NCBI RefSeq assembly: GCF_014698965.1
Contig: NZ_JACXAE010000061.1
Span: 8,580 to 72,579, forward strand
Reading direction: 5' to 3'
DNA: 64,000 nt
Source of the DNA: Iningainema tapete BLCC-T55
GTDB lineage: Bacteria; Cyanobacteriota; Cyanobacteriia; Cyanobacteriales; Nostocaceae
Every line of letters begins with the position of its first letter. Positions within the stretch are counted from its first letter, which is position 1. Position numbers and translations under genes: made by a program. The notes below the pieces were generated by a model. The model saw only the letters and a list, made by a program, of their open reading frames with translations, ran no database searches and was not told the DNA's origin. Positions 46,698 to 55,203 of the stretch are shown in pieces.

Positions 46698-49103
46698 TTA
46701 ATATTTAAACTGTGCAGCAGCAATGACAGCTTGCCCCAAAGACAAACCACCATCATTACATGGAACTAAGCTGTGAGTTAGCACATTAATACCCAATGCT
46801 TCTAAACCCCTAGCAACTTCTTCTAACAAAATACAATTTTGAAAAACTCCTCCTGTTAGTACAACTTGATTTATGACATTTTGCTCACAAAGATATGTAG
46901 CAGTTTCTACAATTACTTTAGCCAAGCCTTGGTGAAATTTAGCAGCTATAACTTCTCGAGGTATCTGCTGCTGCAAATCATCAAGCAAAGCCTGCCACAT
47001 GGGACGCGAGTCTATTAGATAAATACTATCTAATCGTTCAATCTGAAAAGGATAAATAAACGTTTCTTTATGATTATTTAAGATACTTTTATCTACTAAA
47101 GCTTCCATTTCTATCGCTGCTTGTCCTTCATAGCTACATTCTTCTCGGCAAATGCCGAGCGCCGCAGCTACAGCATCAAATAAACGTCCAACTGATGAAG
47201 TTACAGGTGAGTTGATTCTTTTTTCTATTAGTTGATTGATAAGTTTAAGTGGCTTTTGCTGTAGAAAATTAAACAGTTCTAAATCACTATACTTATTTTG
47301 TAATTCTTCCCAAGTAAAGGCCTTGTTTAATTGCGCGTAGGTGTTACGCCAAGGTTCTCTAATTGCTTTTGTCCCACCAATCATGGCTACTGGCTTAAAT
47401 GTTGCTAAACGTTTAAATTGGTGGTATTGTGTTAATAAAAACTCTCCACCCCAAAGTGTTCCATCTGTACCATAACCTAATCCATCTAAAGCGATACCTA
47501 ACACGGGGGGCGAATCGAGAGGAATACCATTTTCTGCCATGCAAGCAGCAACATGGGCGTGATGATGTTGGATGTGGTGAACTTTGATTTGATTAGCGGT
47601 TGCTAATTCTTTACCCAGTTTTGTGGATAGATATTCGGGATGAAGGTCAATAGCGATCGCTTCTGGTTTATGCTCAAATAAATTTAAGTATAACTTCAGC
47701 GTATCCTGATAAGCTTGAAAAGTAGCAGCATTTTCTAAATCTCCCAGATGTTGAGAAAGAATCGCTTGTCCATCACGTAACAGACAAAAGGTATTTTTCA
47801 ACTCACCGCCCATTGCTAAAATCTGAGATACTTTCTCAAATCCTGGTGGTAAATTAATTGGGGCTGGTGCGTATCCTCTAGCGCGGCGAATTGTTTGCAC
47901 TTTATCATCTACCACTCGCACTACAGAATCATCTACACGATTGACAATCGGACGATTATGCAGAAGAAAATAATCAGCAATTTCACTTAGCTTTTGCCGC
48001 GCTACGTCATTATCAATACATTGTGGTTCATCAGCCAAATTGCCACTTGTAAGGATAATCGGACGATTCATCCGCTTGAGAATTAAGTGGTGTAACGGGG
48101 TGTAAGGTAGCATAAAGCCCAGGGTATTTTGCCCAGGCGCAATTAGATTTTGGATTTTGGATTTTGGATTTTGGATTGGATTTTGTTGCTCGTACAGACG
48201 CCTTTCGTGCAGACGCCCCGGTGGGGCGTCTCTACACTGCATCAATACAATTGGGGCGGCAGAACTTTCTAATAATTCTCTTTCTTTGGCGTTGATGGTG
48301 CCGTATTCCTCAATTACTGTTATGTCTCGCGCCATTAAAGCAAAGGGTTTGCTCCCGCGCTTTTTGCGCTGCCGGAGTTTTTGCACGGCAGTTTCGTTTG
48401 TTGCATCACAAGCAAGATGAATTCCACCTAACCCTTTAATCGCGACAATCTCACCCTTTTGCAACAAACTACAGACAGCATCAACATCATCCAACATCGA
48501 AAACATCGAAGCTGTAATTGGTTTACCATCAGCACGTTCTAAAGTTACCACCGGACCACAAATATGACAAGCTATAGGTTGAGCATGAAATCGACGATTT
48601 TCAACATCTTTATATTCCTGCGCACAATCCGAACACATAGCAAAAGCAGCCATGCTGGTATTTTGTCTGTCATAAGGAATCCTACGAATAATACTCAAGC
48701 GGGGACCACAATGAGTACAATTGGTAAACGGATAACGAAAGTAGCGGCTAAAAGGGTCGAAAATTTCTGCTTTACATTGGGGACAAGTAGCCGCATCAGG
48801 GGTAATTTCTGTTTTTACTGCACTACTCACACTATCAGTAATGACAAAATCATTAAAAGTAAGTTCTCCTTGGTAAGGCTTGCGTGTCAACTGATGAATT
48901 CTTGCTAGTGGTGGGCATTCTTGCTGTAATCTTTGGATAAATTCTTCTATTGATGCAACGCTTCCAGATGCTCTAATTAAGACTCCTTGTCCGTCGTTAC
49001 AAACTTCTCCACTTAATCCGCAGGCTTTTGCTATACGATATACTGTAGGTCGAAATCCTACTCCTTGAACTGTGCCACGAATTCTGATTTCTTCTATGGG
49101 CAT
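46698..49103 (-). CDS. hypF: Carbamoyltransferase HypF (acylphosphatase, Zn-finger, YrdC and Kae1-like domains), carrying an in-frame repeat-derived insertion
   Basis: Acylphosphatase start MPIEEIRIRGTVQGVGFRP, two CxxC...CxxC zinc fingers, and the YrdC motif LPYTPLHHL. Start trimmed to MPIEE. Confidence 0.85.
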   Translation of the reverse strand: MPIEEIRIRGTVQGVGFRPTVYRIAKACGLSGEVCNDGQGVLIRASGSVASIEEFIQRLQQECPPLARIHQLTRKPYQGELTFNDFVITDSVSSAVKTEITPDAATCPQCKAEIFDPFSRYFRYPFTNCTHCGPRLSIIRRIPYDRQNTSMAAFAMCSDCAQEYKDVENRRFHAQPIACHICGPVVTLERADGKPITASMFSMLDDVDAVCSLLQKGEIVAIKGLGGIHLACDATNETAVQKLRQRKKRGSKPFALMARDITVIEEYGTINAKERELLESSAAPIVLMQCRDAPPGRLHERRLYEQQNPIQNPKSKIQNLIAPGQNTLGFMLPYTPLHHLILKRMNRPIILTSGNLADEPQCIDNDVARQKLSEIADYFLLHNRPIVNRVDDSVVRVVDDKVQTIRRARGYAPAPINLPPGFEKVSQILAMGGELKNTFCLLRDGQAILSQHLGDLENAATFQAYQDTLKLYLNLFEHKPEAIAIDLHPEYLSTKLGKELATANQIKVHHIQHHHAHVAACMAENGIPLDSPPVLGIALDGLGYGTDGTLWGGEFLLTQYHQFKRLATFKPVAMIGGTKAIREPWRNTYAQLNKAFTWEELQNKYSDLELFNFLQQKPLKLINQLIEKRINSPVTSSVGRLFDAVAAALGICREECSYEGQAAIEMEALVDKSILNNHKETFIYPFQIERLDSIYLIDSRPMWQALLDDLQQQIPREVIAAKFHQGLAKVIVETATYLCEQNVINQVVLTGGVFQNCILLEEVARGLEALGINVLTHSLVPCNDGGLSLGQAVIAAAQFKY
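48147..48237. repeat. Composite repeat inside hypF: TTTTGGA heptamers (x4), a partial SDR half-site, and a full palindromic SDR (GTGCAGACGCCCCGGTGGGGCGTCTCTACAC)
   Basis: Direct read. All of it lies within the continuous hypF reading frame. Confidence 0.85.
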
Positions 49104-49147
49104 ATGTTTTGAACCGCGAAGACGCAAAGAGCGCGAAGGAAGAAATA

Positions 49148-50281
49148 CTAAGTTATTTTCCAAAGTAGAATTCGGTTGTTTCCAGAGTCGGCTATTACTG
49201 CTGTGTTGCCATATACTTTTATTCCATAGCACCAGTTGAGGCTATCTCGTGTTGGTAGTCCATAATTACGGTTTTCATTTTTCGTGTGAAAATTTAATTG
49301 TCCGGCGATCGCATTACTTTCAACACCGGAGATAATTGATTGTGACGAATTCCAACCTAACAATCGGGAGTTACCTGTATCTGCAACAATCAACCACTCA
49401 TCAGTAGCTGCTACACCATAAGGCATACTGAGACTACTGGCGTTGGGAAAATAAGCGCCTTGGTTCATTTCTACAGCATCAAAACTTTTTTGTCCTAATA
49501 CTATTGCACAAGGGGTATTATTTTCCGTTGGTACTCCCTGCCAAATCATTACACGGTTATTACCAGCATCAGTGACAACCAGATGTTCTCCCCAAAATGT
49601 AATATCATGACACCAACGCATACTCGATGCTGAAGGAGTATTACCGTCGTTTTCATTGCGCGATCGCATATCCGGTTGTCCCAACACTATATCAGCGGGT
49701 TGACCATTTTCTTCTGGTAATTGATGCCAAATCAATAACCGACGATTTCCGGTATCAGCAACAAATAGCCGTCCTTGGTGATAAAAAACTCCATAACACC
49801 AATATAAAGTATGAGCATCTGCTGAAGATCCTCTATTTGGTTCATTATCAGTAAAATTAGCTTGCCCTAACACCAAATCCGCTGGAACATTACTATCTTC
49901 CGGTAACTGTTTCCAAATTAAAATTCGGTGATTCCAAGCATCCGCCACCGCCAATCCTTCTCCACAAGCACAAATGCCAGTCGGTACACTAAAAGTTGCC
50001 CTTCCGGGTGACATGCGTGCATTTTGTCCCTCATGGTAAAAATCAGGTTGTCCAATAACCCAATCAGCAGGCTGACTATCTGTTGTCGGTACACGCCATC
50101 CTAACAAACGATGATGTCCCGTATCCGAAACCCATAAAGATCCAGAAGATACCAAACAAACACCACGAGGAGCAAACATTTCTTGCCTACTAGGTGCAAC
50201 AGGAGCCGCCAACTCCCCCGGTGCAACACTCCTACCTAAAATCACCTCAGCAGCTTGGGACGAAAAGAGCATTTTCACCAT
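49148..50281 (-). CDS. NHL-repeat beta-propeller protein, a conserved ORF upstream of hypF in cyanobacterial hyp operons
   Basis: Repeated blocks of the VADTGNRRLLIW/ VTDAGNNRVMIW/ IADSGNNRILLW type. Confidence 0.65.
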   Translation of the reverse strand: MVKMLFSSQAAEVILGRSVAPGELAAPVAPSRQEMFAPRGVCLVSSGSLWVSDTGHHRLLGWRVPTTDSQPADWVIGQPDFYHEGQNARMSPGRATFSVPTGICACGEGLAVADAWNHRILIWKQLPEDSNVPADLVLGQANFTDNEPNRGSSADAHTLYWCYGVFYHQGRLFVADTGNRRLLIWHQLPEENGQPADIVLGQPDMRSRNENDGNTPSASSMRWCHDITFWGEHLVVTDAGNNRVMIWQGVPTENNTPCAIVLGQKSFDAVEMNQGAYFPNASSLSMPYGVAATDEWLIVADTGNSRLLGWNSSQSIISGVESNAIAGQLNFHTKNENRNYGLPTRDSLNWCYGIKVYGNTAVIADSGNNRILLWKIT

Positions 50282-50300
50282 TTATTTTACTGCAACAATT

Positions 50301-50348
50301 CTACAGACGCCCCGCCATTGTAGAGACGCTCCGGCGGAGCGTCTCTAC
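50301..50348. repeat. Partial plus full palindromic SDR between the NHL ORF and the small membrane ORF
   Basis: Direct read: ctacagacgccccgcc + ttgtagagacgctccggcggagcgtctctac. Confidence 0.85.
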
Positions 50349-50596
50349 TTCATTTTGAAATCCTTAAGAAGAAAAGGCATCATTCCACCCACAAACAAAC
50401 TAGACACAACCACAGGAAACCACAAAGGAAACCTCAGCACACCCAGTAACACCATCAACACCAAACCAACACCCCAACCAATAGCAGTTTGACGCCAAAA
50501 ATATAAAGGATCGCGTAATAACTTACCCTTCAAAAACAACTTAGCAGAAAACCAACCCATCTCAAACATAAAACCCCCTAAAAACTCCTCAACCAA
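50345..50596 (-). CDS. Small 2-TM membrane protein (hyp-operon upstream ORF)
   Basis: Hydrophobic 83-aa ORF that overlaps the next small ORF. Confidence 0.4.
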   Translation of the reverse strand: MVEEFLGGFMFEMGWFSAKLFLKGKLLRDPLYFWRQTAIGWGVGLVLMVLLGVLRFPLWFPVVVSSLFVGGMMPFLLKDFKMK

Positions 50597-50826
50597 CCCA
50601 ACAAAAACAACCCCAAAACTATCCCAGGAACCACACCAGCAGGAGCAAACAACCCCCCCAGCATAGCTGAAAACTCATAACCAATATCCTTCCCAGCCAA
50701 CAACATCCCCCCAACAGCACCACCAACCATAGACAAAACAGTTGCCATCAACAACCACACCAACCCCGTCAACAAATTAATATCACCAACCACCAAACTA
50801 TTCACCAAATCACCCATCATTGTCAT
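50578..50826 (-). CDS. Small 2-TM membrane protein (hyp-operon upstream ORF)
   Basis: Hydrophobic 82-aa ORF with a Gly-rich TM. Confidence 0.4.
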   Translation of the reverse strand: MTMMGDLVNSLVVGDINLLTGLVWLLMATVLSMVGGAVGGMLLAGKDIGYEFSAMLGGLFAPAGVVPGIVLGLFLLGWLRSF

Positions 50827-50841
50827 TTTCCTCCTCTTATC

Positions 50842-51792
50842 TTATTCCTTCGTGTCCTTTGCGTCTTTGCGGTTCAATTCCTCCAGTTCCCTCAACGCCT
50901 CACCCACAACCTGAGCCTGCCCCACCTCACCATACCGACTAAAAATATCCCAAGCCTCCTGATAAAAAACACATGCCTGCCGCCAATCCAAACCAGACAA
51001 AGCATTAGCCTTATTAGAAATCGTATTAGCATACTCCAAAGGAGTACTGTGAGCAGAACGAACCTTCAAAGCCTCATCATAAGCAGCAATAGCCTGCAAA
51101 ATATTATCCACAGGATGCGCACTAGGTAAATACTGCAAAGCATTACCCAAATTATTTTGCAACATCGCATATTCCCTGGGATGCTCAATGAGCCGAATAT
51201 GCTTCAACGCCTCTTCAAAAGTTTGCACCGCCAACCCCTGACGCAAATAATCTTGTTGAGAAGTCATAGGCATTGAAAGGTAAGCGATCGCAATATTATT
51301 TTGTAAAATAGCATATTCCTGGGGATATTTTTCCCAAGTAAACACCTTTAAAGCCTCTTGATAAGCCTTGATACTATCTCCTATACGTGCCAAATTAAAT
51401 GGTACTAAAGATTGCAATACCAAACCTAAATTCATCTGCGCTTCCGCCACTTCTGCTGGCTTGGCAAATTGTTGTAAAATTGGTAGAGCCTCGGAATAAA
51501 GAGCAAGCGATCGCTGCAAAAATTCTGCTCCGACATCTGGAATTGTACGTAATACAGACGCCATCCCCGCTTTTGCCCTAGCTTTCAAGAAAAGATAATC
51601 TTCACCACATAATTGCTCCGCTTGTGCGTACAATTCAACTGCATTATGCAAATCTTGAGTTGTTTTTGGCTTTTTTTGAAAACCTAATGCCATCTCAATC
51701 AGCATTTCAATTTTTTCTGGTGTCGTTGCTGACTCTGATTTTATGGCGGCAATAGCTGCTTTTACTGCTGAATCTGTGATACTAGGAATCAT
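50842..51792 (-). CDS. TPR-like helical-repeat protein, first gene of the extended hyp operon and divergent from hupS
   Basis: Repeated ...AY.EAL... helical pairs. Start placed at MIPSITDS. The last 12 codons are encoded by the hyp-intergenic 9-mer motif. Confidence 0.5.
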   Translation of the reverse strand: MIPSITDSAVKAAIAAIKSESATTPEKIEMLIEMALGFQKKPKTTQDLHNAVELYAQAEQLCGEDYLFLKARAKAGMASVLRTIPDVGAEFLQRSLALYSEALPILQQFAKPAEVAEAQMNLGLVLQSLVPFNLARIGDSIKAYQEALKVFTWEKYPQEYAILQNNIAIAYLSMPMTSQQDYLRQGLAVQTFEEALKHIRLIEHPREYAMLQNNLGNALQYLPSAHPVDNILQAIAAYDEALKVRSAHSTPLEYANTISNKANALSGLDWRQACVFYQEAWDIFSRYGEVGQAQVVGEALRELEELNRKDAKDTKE

Positions 51793-52025
51793 AAAATAGT
51801 TGGGAAAACTTAATTTTTTTTCTAAAAAACATATATTTCTATAAGTAGAACGCCCCTTACACATACACTTACATAATATTTTTATTTTTCCAGAAAATCT
51901 GTTATTACATAACTTTTTTATTATGTTTTTATTTTAGTTTTATTTTGAAAAGTTAAATTAGAAAAAGGTGGGAGTTAAATAAAATAAAATTAATTAAACC
52001 TGCTGTCCTCTGTCTTATAACAAAA

Positions 52026-52988
52026 ATGACTAACATACTCTGGCTTCAGGGTGGTGCCTGTTCTGGGAATACAATGTCTTTTCTCAATGCCGAAGAACCT
52101 ACGGCTTGTGACTTAATTGCTGACTTTGGTATGAAGGTACTTTGGCATCCATCCTTGGGATTTGAATTAGGTGAAAATTTACAAGAAATACTCTGGGACT
52201 GTATTAAAGGTAAAATTCCTTTAGATATTTTAGTATTTGAAGGCACAGTTGTTAACGCTCCTAATGGTACAGGGGAATGGAATCGTTTTGCCGATCGCCC
52301 GATGAAAGACTGGTTGAGTGACTTAGCCAAAGTTGCTAGTTTTGTGGTTGCCGTGGGAGACTGCGCCACATGGGGAGGAATTCCCGCAATGGCACCCAAC
52401 CCCAGCGAATCAACTGGATTGCAATTTCTCAAACGTACTGAAGGCGGTTTTTTAGGCAAAGATTTTCGCTCCCAATCAGGATTACCCGTGATTAATATTC
52501 CCGGATGCCCCGCCCATCCTGATTGGATTAGCCAAATATTAGTGGTGATCGCCACAGGTAGAATTGGTGATATCACCCTCGACGAACTGCATCGTCCTCA
52601 AACCTTCTTCAATACATATACTCAAACAGGTTGCACTCGCAACTCCCACTTCGCCTACAAAGCATCTACATCCGAATTCGGGCAACGTAAAGGATGTCTA
52701 TTCTACGACTTAGGCTGTCGTGGTCCAATGACTCATTCATCCTGCAACCGGATACTGTGGAACCGCGTCTCTTCCAAAACCCGTGCCGGAATGCCTTGTC
52801 TAGGCTGCACCGAACCAGAATTTCCCTTCTACGATCTCCAACCAGGAACCGTCTTTAAAACGCAAACTGTAATGGGAGTTCCTAAAGAACTACCACCAGG
52901 AGTCAAAAAGAAAGACTATGCTGTCCTCACTATGGTAGCAAAAGACATCGCACCTGCTTGGGCAGACGAAGATATTTTTACAGTTTAG
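52026..52988 (+). CDS. hupS: Uptake [NiFe]-hydrogenase small subunit HupS
   Basis: MTNILWLQGGACSGNTMS N-terminus without a Tat signal (as in cyanobacteria), plus FeS cluster cysteines (GDCATWGG, GCPAHPDW, CNRILWN..CLGC). Confidence 0.9.
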   Translation: MTNILWLQGGACSGNTMSFLNAEEPTACDLIADFGMKVLWHPSLGFELGENLQEILWDCIKGKIPLDILVFEGTVVNAPNGTGEWNRFADRPMKDWLSDLAKVASFVVAVGDCATWGGIPAMAPNPSESTGLQFLKRTEGGFLGKDFRSQSGLPVINIPGCPAHPDWISQILVVIATGRIGDITLDELHRPQTFFNTYTQTGCTRNSHFAYKASTSEFGQRKGCLFYDLGCRGPMTHSSCNRILWNRVSSKTRAGMPCLGCTEPEFPFYDLQPGTVFKTQTVMGVPKELPPGVKKKDYAVLTMVAKDIAPAWADEDIFTV

Positions 52989-53036
52989 TTAACTGTTAAC
53001 TGTTAACTGTTAACTGTCAACTGTCAACTGTTAACA
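52988..53036. repeat. STRR heptamer tract (TTAACTG x4, TCAACTG x2) in the hupS-hupL intergenic spacer; potential hairpin
   Basis: Direct read. Heptamer repeats in the hupS-hupL spacer are, to my recollection, a reported feature of Nostocales hup loci. Confidence 0.85.
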
Positions 53037-53050
53037 CAGGAGAGAGGAGA

Positions 53051-54646
53051 ATGGGAGTTCAAACATTAGACATATCCCCCCTGGGGAGAGTAGAAGGCGA
53101 CTTAGATGTTCGAGTGGAAATAGAAGATGGGTACGTAGTCAACGCTTGGACACATGCCGAACTTTTCCGAGGATTTGAAGTTATCCTGCGCGGCAAAGAC
53201 CCCCAAGCAGGATTAATTGTTACACCTCGTATCTGCGGTATTTGCGGAGGTTCCCACCTGACTTGTGCATCTTGGGCATTAGATACAGCTTGGGAAACAG
53301 AAGTTCCCCGCAATGCCATCCTTGCCAGAAACATCGGTCAAATTGTCGAAACCATCCAAAGTATACCAAGAGCCTTCTACGGTTTATTTGCGATCGACTT
53401 AACTCACAAAAAGTACCGCAGTAGCCGCTTTTACGAAGAAGCTTGCAAACGTTTTGCCGCCTTCACTGGTACATCTTACGAACTCGGCGTCACCATTTCT
53501 GCCAAACCTGTAGAAATTTATGCCCTCTTAGGTGGACAATGGCCCCACTCTAGTTATATGGTTCCTGGTGGAGTGATGTGCGCTCCCACCTTAACAGACA
53601 TTACCCGCGCTTGGGCAATTCTAGAATATTTCCGCACCAACTGGTTAGAACCTGTGTGGTTGGGTTGTTCTTTGGAACGCTATGAAGAAATCAAGACTTA
53701 TGATGACTTCATGGCATGGCTAGATGAAGACATCAAGCATCGTGAATCTGACTTAGGTTTCTACTGGCGCATGGGTTTAGATATTGGTTTAGATAAATAT
53801 GGTGCTGGTATAGGTAAATATGTCACTTGGGGATACATACCTCATGAAGACAAATACCAAAAACCAACGATCGCCGGACGAAATGCTGCTATGATTATGA
53901 AAAGTGGAGTGTATGACAGTTTCACTGACACTCACACTTTAATGGATCATACCTTTACCCGTGAGAATACAACTCACTCTTGGTATGACGAAGGAACAAC
54001 AGACGTTCACCCCTTTGAACGCACAACTAAACCGATTCCGAATAACACCAAAGACTTCAACAGCGCCTATTCTTGGTCAAGTGCAGTGCGACACCAAGAC
54101 TACGGACGCTTAGAAGCAGGTCCCCTAGCGCGTCAGTTGGTGGCTGGTGGGAAGCATGGTGAGTCTTGGCAACACTACGATGGGTTTATTTTAGATGCAT
54201 TCAAGCAAATGGGTGGGGCAAGTATCCACTTACGCTCTTTAGCACGAGTTCACGAAATTGTCAAGTTATATCGCCAAGCTGAACGGTGCTTGCGTGAGTT
54301 TAAGCTCAATGACCCCTGGTATATCAAACCCAAAGAAAAAGATGGACGTGGTTGGGGTGCAACAGAAGCAGCACGCGGTTCTTTGTGTCACTGGGTAGAG
54401 TTAGAGGGTGGCAAGATTAAAAATTATCAAGTTATTGCCCCCACTACTTGGAATGTAGGACCTCGTGACGGCGAAGGAGTACGCGGTCCGATTGAGACAG
54501 CTTTAATCGGAACACCCATTGAAGATGCAAAAGATCCTGTGGAGGTTGGTCACGTAGCACGTTCTTTCGATTCTTGTCTAGTTTGCACCGTTCACGCCCA
54601 TGATGCCAAAACCGGTGAGGAATTGGCGCGTTTTCGTACAGCGTAA
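53051..54646 (+). CDS. hupL: Uptake [NiFe]-hydrogenase large subunit HupL; uninterrupted
   Basis: N-terminal RICGICGGSH and C-terminal DSCLVCTVH Ni-binding motifs, followed by the cleavable extension AHDAKTGEELARFRTA. Confidence 0.9.
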   Translation: MGVQTLDISPLGRVEGDLDVRVEIEDGYVVNAWTHAELFRGFEVILRGKDPQAGLIVTPRICGICGGSHLTCASWALDTAWETEVPRNAILARNIGQIVETIQSIPRAFYGLFAIDLTHKKYRSSRFYEEACKRFAAFTGTSYELGVTISAKPVEIYALLGGQWPHSSYMVPGGVMCAPTLTDITRAWAILEYFRTNWLEPVWLGCSLERYEEIKTYDDFMAWLDEDIKHRESDLGFYWRMGLDIGLDKYGAGIGKYVTWGYIPHEDKYQKPTIAGRNAAMIMKSGVYDSFTDTHTLMDHTFTRENTTHSWYDEGTTDVHPFERTTKPIPNNTKDFNSAYSWSSAVRHQDYGRLEAGPLARQLVAGGKHGESWQHYDGFILDAFKQMGGASIHLRSLARVHEIVKLYRQAERCLREFKLNDPWYIKPKEKDGRGWGATEAARGSLCHWVELEGGKIKNYQVIAPTTWNVGPRDGEGVRGPIETALIGTPIEDAKDPVEVGHVARSFDSCLVCTVHAHDAKTGEELARFRTA

Positions 54647-54666
54647 GGGCGAACAGCCGTTCGCCC
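54647..54666 (+). terminator. Stem-loop GGGCGAAC-agcc-GTTCGCCC immediately after the hupL stop codon
   Basis: An 8-bp perfect stem with a 4-nt loop starting 1 nt after TAA. The tail is not strongly U-rich, so it could be a terminator or a stabiliser hairpin. Confidence 0.5.
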
Positions 54667-54688
54667 CTACTACAAAATTTACAAAGGT

Positions 54689-55117
54689 TTGCTTGTGTCT
54701 GAATCAACACTACATCAATATATCCCTCAACTTCCTGATGCAGCGCTGCAAGAATTTACACAATGGTGTGTCCTAGAGCAAGCAAAAGCAGCAGGATTCA
54801 AATTTACTCACGATCCAAGAACGTTAGAGAATCTTTCACCAGCCGATTATATTCCAAAACTGATCGGTCAATTTGTAGAAGCCACAAGAAACACTATAGA
54901 AGGTGGGATGGCAATTCTCGTCGCTGGACAGCAAGCTGATAAACATGCTTTACCAGGTTTAGGGATTGCGGTGGATTTTATTTCACTTTACGTATTGTAT
55001 TTGGTTCCACAAGGTAAGCAAAAAACACTACCAACAGATGAGAAATTAGCTCAAGCTTCCCAGGAACAGTTCGATAAATTATGTGAAATTGGCAAGAAAT
55101 ATGGTGTAACTATGTAG
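54689..55117 (+). CDS. Hypothetical protein (142 aa) downstream of hupL; TTG or GTG start
   Basis: ORF only. It is not HupW-like, because it lacks the protease Asp/Gly motifs. Confidence 0.35.
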   Translation: MLVSESTLHQYIPQLPDAALQEFTQWCVLEQAKAAGFKFTHDPRTLENLSPADYIPKLIGQFVEATRNTIEGGMAILVAGQQADKHALPGLGIAVDFISLYVLYLVPQGKQKTLPTDEKLAQASQEQFDKLCEIGKKYGVTM

Positions 55118-55203
55118 TGCTGGCATGAAGTGCGATTCGCCCTTCAAACCCTATTGAACCCGTGTTCTCTCGTTCCCAGCCTGTGGATGGGAACGAAGAG
55201 CTT

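Noticed and set aside
45221-49232. Longer N-terminal extensions of the hypC, hypA, hypF, LysE, GT2 and LLM ORFs as computed
   Set aside because: The conserved family start motifs (MCLGIPGKI, MHEL, MPIEEIRIRG, etc.) are internal Met residues. The upstream extensions are encoded by intergenic repeats and are not conserved.
51793-52025. An NtcA (GTA-N8-TAC) site in the hupS promoter region
   Set aside because: The best candidate (GTAGAACGCCCCTTAC at about 51847) has a 10-nt rather than 8-nt spacer. No exact consensus was found, so I make no call. The region remains a plausible location for the hupSL promoter.
53051-54646. A possible hupL-interrupting excision element (XisC-type)
   Set aside because: hupL is a single continuous 531-aa ORF with both Ni-binding motifs, so no element is present.
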